Shown piece after piece: positions 25,524 to 31,281 of a stretch of 31,281 nucleotides of DNA. Made by a program: the position numbers and the translations under genes. This DNA is from a bacterium (lineage in GTDB: Bacteria > Zhuqueibacterota > Zhuqueibacteria > Oceanimicrobiales > Oceanimicrobiaceae), in the NCBI GenBank assembly GCA_046757165.1, contig JBHHXT010000040.1, forward strand, positions 1 through 31,281. The letters are read 5' to 3'. The first letter of the stretch is position 1, and the number at the start of each line of letters is the position of its first letter. The notes below the pieces were generated by a model that saw only the letters and a list, made by a program, of their open reading frames with translations, was not told where the DNA came from and made no database searches.

Positions 25524-27854
25524 TTGAAAGAACTATCCAAAGCGGGTTGCATTCTATTCTTTGTAACCAGCTTCGCCACGGCTCAGCCTCGCCACACAGC
25601 CACCCTCAGCGGCTTCATCTATGACGCCGCCAACGGCGAGGCGTTGATCGGCGCCAACGTCTACCTGGAAGGCACGCAGGTCGGCAGTAGCACCAACGTC
25701 AACGGCTACTATGTTATCCCCGGGATTCCTGCCGGGGCTTACACGCTTGTGGTGCACTACATCGGGTACAAGCCCATCAAGCAGGAGATTTTTCTGAACG
25801 CAGGTGAGCAAAGGACTGTTACGCTTAGCTTACAGCCCGAAAACATCGAGCTGCAAAAAGTTGTGGTCACCAGCGATGCGGTTCCGGAGGCAGAGAAGCT
25901 GTTCGAAAAGCCGCTTTCGAAACTGCGCCTGACCGCGCGCCAGATCCGGGCCATTCCGCAGGTGGCCGAGGCCGATTTGCTGCGCTCTTTGCAGACCTTG
26001 CCGGGCATCCTGCCCGTGTCGGATTTCTCGTCGGCGCTCTATGTGCGCGGCGGTACACCGGACCAGAACCTCAACCTGCTCGACGGCACCGATGTCTACA
26101 ACCCGGAACACGCGTTCGGCCTTTTTTCGACCTTTAACACCGACGCCATCAAGCAAGTCGAACTCTCCAAGGGGGGATTCAGCGCCAAGTATGGCGGGCG
26201 GCTCTCTTCCATCCTGAATATCACCAACCTGGACGGCAACCGTGAGGAGTTCGAAGGCACGGGCTCGGTCAGTCTGCTGAGCGCCAAAACCACGCTGCAG
26301 ATGCCTCTCGGCAGCGTCGGTTCCCTGTCCGGCTCGTTCCGCCGGACGTACTTCGACAAGACGATCGCGAAAGTCATCGATGATGTGCCGGATTACTACT
26401 TCCTGGACGGCAACCTCAAAGCCTTCTTCGACCTCAACGGCACGAATAAGCTGACCATCAGCGGCTATGGCAGCGAGGACCAGCTCGACATCACCTTCAA
26501 CGACAATGTCGAGGACCAGGCCGGCTTCAGCTATGATTGGGGCAACCGCACGGGAAGCATCCGCTGGACGCGCATTTTTACGCCGCAGTTTTTTGCCAAC
26601 TTCTGGCTCGCCGGCAGCCGGTTCGACTCTGATTTCGACTTCGGCGACACCATCGAGCTGACGGAAAAAAACTTTGTCTCGGATTTTTCGCTGAAAGGAA
26701 ATCTCGAGTACCACTTCTCGAAAGAACTGGTGGCAGGATTCGGATTCGAGCAGAAAAACCTGCATTTGATCTTCCGGCAGAAATTCCCCGGCGGCACCAT
26801 CGATATCGATACGCGCAACAAGCACTATGCAGCCTATCTGCTCACCAACTGGCGGCCGACGGTCCGGTGGGATATCGAGGCCGGGTTGCGCTACAACCTT
26901 TTCGATGCCGACGAAACCTTTCAGAACTGGGCGCCGCGTTTTTCGGCAAAGTACCGCCTGACCGATTCGATCAACCTCAAAGCGGCCGGCGGCATCTACT
27001 ACCAGTATCTGCACCGCGTGCCACGCGCCTTCGTTGCCGACATCTGGGTGGCCTCCAACAAATTCCAGAAGGGATCCTCCTCCAAACACGCCATCGTTGG
27101 ATTCTCGAAAGATTTTGACAATGAATTCCAATTGGAAATCGAGACATACTACAAGAATTATCACAACATCTACTCCTTCAACCACAATGTGGGTGTGGAT
27201 ATCTCGCCCGACACATTCGATGAAAACGGCGACCCCGTTTATCTCGAAACCCGCGGCGTGTTCAACCGCGGCGATGGCGACACAAAGGGCGTGGAGGTGC
27301 TGGTACGCAAAGACTATGGCGCGGTGACCGGCTGGCTGGGCTACAGCCTGGCCTTCACCAACTACCGCATCGACGGCATCAACCAGGGTGAGCGCTTTCC
27401 GCCACGCCACGACCGCACACATGCTATCAATGTCGTCGCCAATCTCGACTGGAAAAACCTGAAGCGCGCCTGGCGCGGCCAGCCTCCGGTCAAACACAAA
27501 TCCAACTGGAAACTCGGCCTTACCTTCATCACCACCAGCGGCCAGCCGATCACGCTGCCGGGCTCGGGATACTTTGTCAACGCGCTGCCCGGACGCCCGG
27601 TGGTGGAGTATGAGCTCTTTCCGAGCGCAATCAACGGCCTCAGACTGCCGCCATACGCACGGTTGGATCTTAGCCTCACCTACGAGCGCCACTTTCGCGG
27701 CTGGTCGCTCATGCCGTATGTGCAGGTCTTCAACGTCGGCAATCGTAAGAACGCCTGGTTCGTCGACTATGACAACGAAGATGGCGAACCCGATATCGAT
27801 GTGGAGCACATGTTTCCAATTCTGCCGACGATTGGGGTTCATTTTTCGTTTTGA
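25524..27854 (+). CDS. TonB-dependent receptor with an N-terminal carboxypeptidase-regulatory-like domain
   Basis: 776 aa. G.IYDAANGEALIGANV, plug motifs LQTLPG, VRGG.PDQN..LLDG and KGGFSAKYGGRLSS, then PPYARLDL and C-terminal Phe. TTG start with GGAGGT SD. Confidence 0.92.
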   Translation: MKELSKAGCILFFVTSFATAQPRHTATLSGFIYDAANGEALIGANVYLEGTQVGSSTNVNGYYVIPGIPAGAYTLVVHYIGYKPIKQEIFLNAGEQRTVTLSLQPENIELQKVVVTSDAVPEAEKLFEKPLSKLRLTARQIRAIPQVAEADLLRSLQTLPGILPVSDFSSALYVRGGTPDQNLNLLDGTDVYNPEHAFGLFSTFNTDAIKQVELSKGGFSAKYGGRLSSILNITNLDGNREEFEGTGSVSLLSAKTTLQMPLGSVGSLSGSFRRTYFDKTIAKVIDDVPDYYFLDGNLKAFFDLNGTNKLTISGYGSEDQLDITFNDNVEDQAGFSYDWGNRTGSIRWTRIFTPQFFANFWLAGSRFDSDFDFGDTIELTEKNFVSDFSLKGNLEYHFSKELVAGFGFEQKNLHLIFRQKFPGGTIDIDTRNKHYAAYLLTNWRPTVRWDIEAGLRYNLFDADETFQNWAPRFSAKYRLTDSINLKAAGGIYYQYLHRVPRAFVADIWVASNKFQKGSSSKHAIVGFSKDFDNEFQLEIETYYKNYHNIYSFNHNVGVDISPDTFDENGDPVYLETRGVFNRGDGDTKGVEVLVRKDYGAVTGWLGYSLAFTNYRIDGINQGERFPPRHDRTHAINVVANLDWKNLKRAWRGQPPVKHKSNWKLGLTFITTSGQPITLPGSGYFVNALPGRPVVEYELFPSAINGLRLPPYARLDLSLTYERHFRGWSLMPYVQVFNVGNRKNAWFVDYDNEDGEPDIDVEHMFPILPTIGVHFSF

Positions 27855-27898
27855 AGGGATCAGAGGTCACGCACCCCAAAAAAGAGGAGATCAGACAG

Positions 27899-28798
27899 AT
27901 GTCGTTCAAAACAAACATAAGTGGGTTGCTGTTTTTGTCACCCCTCCTGCTGTCTGCTTGCGGCGAAGGCACGCTATCAATGGACAACACGTTCCAACCC
28001 AGGATTGTCATCCAGGGGTATTTGTTTCCCAATCACAAAGTCGAAGTGCGCCTCCTGCGCAATTTCCCGCTCAACGCCACCATCGACGACAACGAGGTCA
28101 TTCTCAGCGAGGCGCAGGCCGTCATTATCGACCAGGAGGGCAGCAGGTTCGAGCTCCGGTTTGATGCGGACAGACAGATTTATGAATCGAGCGCAATCGC
28201 TGTGGACTATGGCAAACGGTACACTCTGGAAGTGCACGCCACCATCGACGCCAAAGCGCTGTTTGCCCGTTCGACCACCACCGTGCCGCAGCCGGGCTTT
28301 GAAATTCTGGAAGAAAATTCCGTTCTCGACAGCCTGGTCTATCGCCAGCGGGACGAAAACGGGCAGCTGATCGATTTCGAGATCGTGTTCAATCGTTCAC
28401 CCGGGACGGATTTTTACGCCCTCGCGCTCAATGCGCTCGACGCCGACACCTCCACGTTCATCTACGACAACCCGTTCGACGACTTCGACGTGGATGATGT
28501 GTTGGAGGATTTTGAGGATTTCAAATATACCTATGGGTGGATTCAGGATACGCCGTTGCAACCCGGAGAATCCAGCATTGATGTCTTCTCCTTCTTCACG
28601 TGGTTTTACGGTGAGTATGAAGCCGTCGTCCTCGCGGGCGACCGTAACTTTCGCGATTTTCTCATCAGTCACGGACAGGTGCAGGAAATCGACGGCAATT
28701 TTCACGAACCTGCCTTTCACATCGAAGGCGATGGCATTGGGGTTTTCGGGTCGGCGATTGCTGATACAGCCTACTTCACAGTGCTCCGACAGCAGTGA
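27899..28798 (+). CDS. DUF4249-like lipoprotein partner of the TonB receptor
   Basis: Lipobox LLSAC, PRIVIQGYL, GKRYTLEV and C-terminal IEGDGIGVFGS. ATG 27899 follows GAGGAG (ORF-track start is 27851). Confidence 0.78.
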   Translation: MSFKTNISGLLFLSPLLLSACGEGTLSMDNTFQPRIVIQGYLFPNHKVEVRLLRNFPLNATIDDNEVILSEAQAVIIDQEGSRFELRFDADRQIYESSAIAVDYGKRYTLEVHATIDAKALFARSTTTVPQPGFEILEENSVLDSLVYRQRDENGQLIDFEIVFNRSPGTDFYALALNALDADTSTFIYDNPFDDFDVDDVLEDFEDFKYTYGWIQDTPLQPGESSIDVFSFFTWFYGEYEAVVLAGDRNFRDFLISHGQVQEIDGNFHEPAFHIEGDGIGVFGSAIADTAYFTVLRQQ

Positions 28799-28886
28799 CG
28801 CGCCTCGGATTGGGTGCCTGGAATGGGTCCCGGAATGGCGGTTCTACACCGCCGGTGGTGCGGATGGCAGGCAGAAAGTCAAGGAG

Positions 28887-29339
28887 TCAATTGATCAGCT
28901 TCCTGATGACCGCATTCAAATCACGAAACTCGAACGGTTTGGAAATCGCGGCGGAGAATCCGTAGGTGCGGTAGTTGGCGATCACCGGATGGTCTCGCGA
29001 GCAGCCACTTGAAATGATCGCCTTGACGTTCGGGTCGAATTCGCGCAGCTTGCCGATGGTCTCTTTGCCCCCCATTCCGTTGGGAATGGTCAAGTCCATG
29101 ATGACCGCATCAAAAGGCTTCTTGCGCTTGGCCTTCTTGTAGAGCTGAATGGCCTCCCTGCCATCGGCGGCTGTGGTGACCCGATAACCAAACCGGGTCA
29201 AGATCTTGGCGCTCAAATCACGCAACATCTCTTCGTCGTCCATGACGAGGATGCTGCGATTCCGTCTTGCGCGTTCCCTGCGATGACGTATGACTCTCAG
29301 AAGGGTCTCCTGCAATGTCTTCTTCAGGCTCTTGTTCAT
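28887..29339 (-). CDS. Stand-alone response-regulator receiver protein
   Basis: 150 aa. ILVMDDE, phospho-acceptor VIMDLTIP, SSG and KPF, with a basic N-terminal extension. Confidence 0.85.
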   Translation of the reverse strand: MNKSLKKTLQETLLRVIRHRRERARRNRSILVMDDEEMLRDLSAKILTRFGYRVTTAADGREAIQLYKKAKRKKPFDAVIMDLTIPNGMGGKETIGKLREFDPNVKAIISSGCSRDHPVIANYRTYGFSAAISKPFEFRDLNAVIRKLIN

Positions 29340-29490
29340 AATGTTAGAGGACGATAGGTTCGCTTCTTTTTTTCAACTTTCGACATCAATGTGCAACTAC
29401 TTGAATAAAAAGAAAAGTTGTTGCGGAAACATAACGAATGCCATTGCGATCAACAAATGACTTAACATCGACAATTTTATCGATATTGGG

Positions 29491-29678
29491 TCCACGCAGA
29501 TCAAAAAACCACACGGAAAATCTTTTGGCTTTATGGCGCTTCCTATGGCTAGATTTACCTCGCAACCGCGAATTGACGCTAATCCACGCGAATGAAACCT
29601 TTAGGGCGAAACCACACTCTTCGACATCGAACCCCTTTTTTGATTGAGAAATCCGCGTGGTTTTTTTGTCCGTGTGGA
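29491..29678. repeat. About 190-bp element bounded by 27-bp imperfect inverted repeats (MITE-like)
   Basis: TCCACGCAGATCAAAAAACCACACGGA (29491-29517) matches the reverse complement of 29652-29678 at 22/27 positions. Confidence 0.65.
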
Positions 29679-29776
29679 AGACAAGGTTTTACAACCTTGT
29701 CGTGCAGGGGACTTTTCTCTTGCAACTCGCCTCACCTTTGACTACTTTTACCTCGTATTTTTATCGAGGCTGACCG

Positions 29777-30919
29777 ATGAATTTTTGCCTCACCAAAGAA
29801 CAAGACATGCTCAAGAGCATGGTGCGGGAATTCGCTCAGAAGGAAGTCGCGCCGCTTGCGGCCGAGCTCGATCGCCAGGAGCGTTTTCCTGCGGAGACTT
29901 TCCGGAAAATGGCGGAACTGGGATTACTGGGCGTCGCCATCCCGGAAGAATATGGCGGCAGCCGTGTCGACTGGATCTCCTGTGTCCTCGTGGTAGAAGA
30001 ATTGGGGCGAGTTTGTGCCTCGACCGCCCTCTCGTACGGCGCCCACACCTTTCTCTGTGCCCACAATCTTTTTGAACACGGCAATGAGGAACAGAGAAAA
30101 GAGTACCTGCCTTCCCTGGTGAAAGGGGAAAAAATAGGCGCCATGGCGCTGACCGAACCCGAAGCCGGATCGGATGCAACCTCTTTGAAAACGCGGGCCC
30201 GAAAAGTTGGTGACGAGTATGTTCTGACAGGCACCAAGACGTTCATCACCAACGCGCCCGTGGCCGACATCGTTCTCGTTTTCGCCCGCAGCGCTGAGCA
30301 AGAAGGAAAGCAGAGCTTGAGCACCTTCATTGTCGAAAAAGATTTCCCGGGATTCTCGGTTGGAAAGCCGATGGAAAAATTGGGGATGCGCGGCTCCCCG
30401 ACCTCAGAAATCTATCTGGAAGAGTGCCGCGTGCCAGCAAAGAATCTGCTCGGTCGCGAAGGCCACGGGATGGCACAGATGATGAACGGGCTGGACATGG
30501 AGCGGGTGGTTTTCAGCGGACTGCCCTTAGGCATCGCCGAAGGCGCGTCAGAAGCTGCCGTAAAGTACGCCAAAGAACGGCACCAGTTCGGGCAGCCCAT
30601 TGCCAGCTTCCAGATGGTGCAGGAAATGCTGGTCGATATGGCGAAAGGCATCGAGGCCCTCCGCCTGTTGGCCTACCGGGCGGCCGCGCTTTTGGAAGAA
30701 GGGAAGCGCGTGACCAAAGAAGCTTCCATCGCCAAGCTTCTGGGCGCGGAAGTGGCCATGAAGACCACCCTGGATGCGGTGCAGATCTTCGGCGGCTACG
30801 GCTACACGCGGGACTATCCCGTGGAACGATTCCTGCGCGACGCCAAGCTGGTGGAAATCGGCGGCGGCACCTCGCAGATTCAGAAGTTGATTATTGCCAA
30901 AGAGATCCTACGGCCCTGA
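29777..30919 (+). CDS. Acyl-CoA dehydrogenase, isovaleryl-CoA dehydrogenase-like
   Basis: 380 aa. [39 protein letters not shown] and GGYGY. GLDMER together with EIGGGTS (no Glu at the MCAD catalytic position) fits the IVD subgroup. Confidence 0.9.
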   Translation: MNFCLTKEQDMLKSMVREFAQKEVAPLAAELDRQERFPAETFRKMAELGLLGVAIPEEYGGSRVDWISCVLVVEELGRVCASTALSYGAHTFLCAHNLFEHGNEEQRKEYLPSLVKGEKIGAMALTEPEAGSDATSLKTRARKVGDEYVLTGTKTFITNAPVADIVLVFARSAEQEGKQSLSTFIVEKDFPGFSVGKPMEKLGMRGSPTSEIYLEECRVPAKNLLGREGHGMAQMMNGLDMERVVFSGLPLGIAEGASEAAVKYAKERHQFGQPIASFQMVQEMLVDMAKGIEALRLLAYRAAALLEEGKRVTKEASIAKLLGAEVAMKTTLDAVQIFGGYGYTRDYPVERFLRDAKLVEIGGGTSQIQKLIIAKEILRP

Positions 30920-30923
30920 CAGC

Positions 30924-30945
30924 TCAGGTAGATAGGCTGTAGACT
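30924..30945. repeat. Dispersed 22-bp repeat, copy 2
   Basis: Matches 16824-16845 at 21/22 positions. Confidence 0.75.
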
Positions 30946-31021
30946 GTTGGGCTGTAGGAAGCGCGTTTCTAAACACCTGCATATCAAGATAAAACCGGTA
31001 GGGTCTTCTATCCGTTGGAGC

Positions 31022-31207
31022 TCACTTCGCCACCAGTTCAACCCGGCGATTCCTGGCCCGGCCGGCTTCATCTTTATTGGAGGCCACCGGTGCCAGGGCA
31101 CCCACCCCATGCGCCTCCAGCCGGCTGCCGGCGATGCTGTGCTCTTTGACCAGCGCCGTCACAACTGAATGCGCCCGGTCTGCAGACAGTTTCATATTGT
31201 AGGCAAA
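31022..31207 (-). pseudogene. C-terminal fragment of an OmpA-family peptidoglycan-binding domain
   Basis: YNMKLSADRAHSV...G.G...PVASNKDEAGRARNRRVELV is present. The upstream GHTD motif is absent in all three frames, and this frame is closed by TGA at 31276-31278. Confidence 0.7.
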
Positions 31208-31281
31208 GCGAAAACCGACTTTCTCTCCGAAAGGGTGGAATGTCTGGAATAGTCGCGAATCCATAATTGGCACTCATTCGG

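Noticed and set aside
25830..27842. 670-aa minus-strand ORF
   Set aside because: It is an antisense shadow of the TonB-dependent receptor with no domain signal.

Overview
A 31.3-kb gene-dense window from a diderm bacterium. The TolC channel, TonB-dependent receptor plus DUF4249-type lipoprotein pair, and OmpA fragment suggest an FCB-like lineage such as KSB1/Calditrichota (inference only). Contents in order: (1) a coxSLM-type molybdenum hydroxylase operon with a form II-like YRGAGR loop; (2) a lipoprotein oligopeptidase B; (3) an EAL-HDOD c-di-GMP protein; (4) nagB; (5) a Cu/Ag CusCBA efflux cluster flanked by two small Cys-rich proteins; (6) an orphan HAMP-PAS histidine kinase; (7) a five-gene minus-strand operon FhaA-like, FhaA-like, PbpA-like class B PBP, RodA-like SEDS, PP2C phosphatase; (8) a TonB receptor plus lipoprotein; (9) a stand-alone receiver protein; (10) an isovaleryl-CoA-dehydrogenase-like enzyme; (11) a 5'-truncated OmpA fragment. 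The most notable system is (7). It is a rearranged, kinase-less counterpart of the actinobacterial fhaA-fhaB-pstP-rodA-pbpA-pknA-pknB locus, found in an outer-membrane organism and carrying several structural oddities. Also notable are the Cys-rich proteins around the cus genes and several families of intergenic repeats: stop-codon-adjacent 8-mer arrays, 8-11-bp-periodic inverted repeats and REP-like hairpin doublets. No rRNA, tRNA, CRISPR array or intact transposase was recognised.
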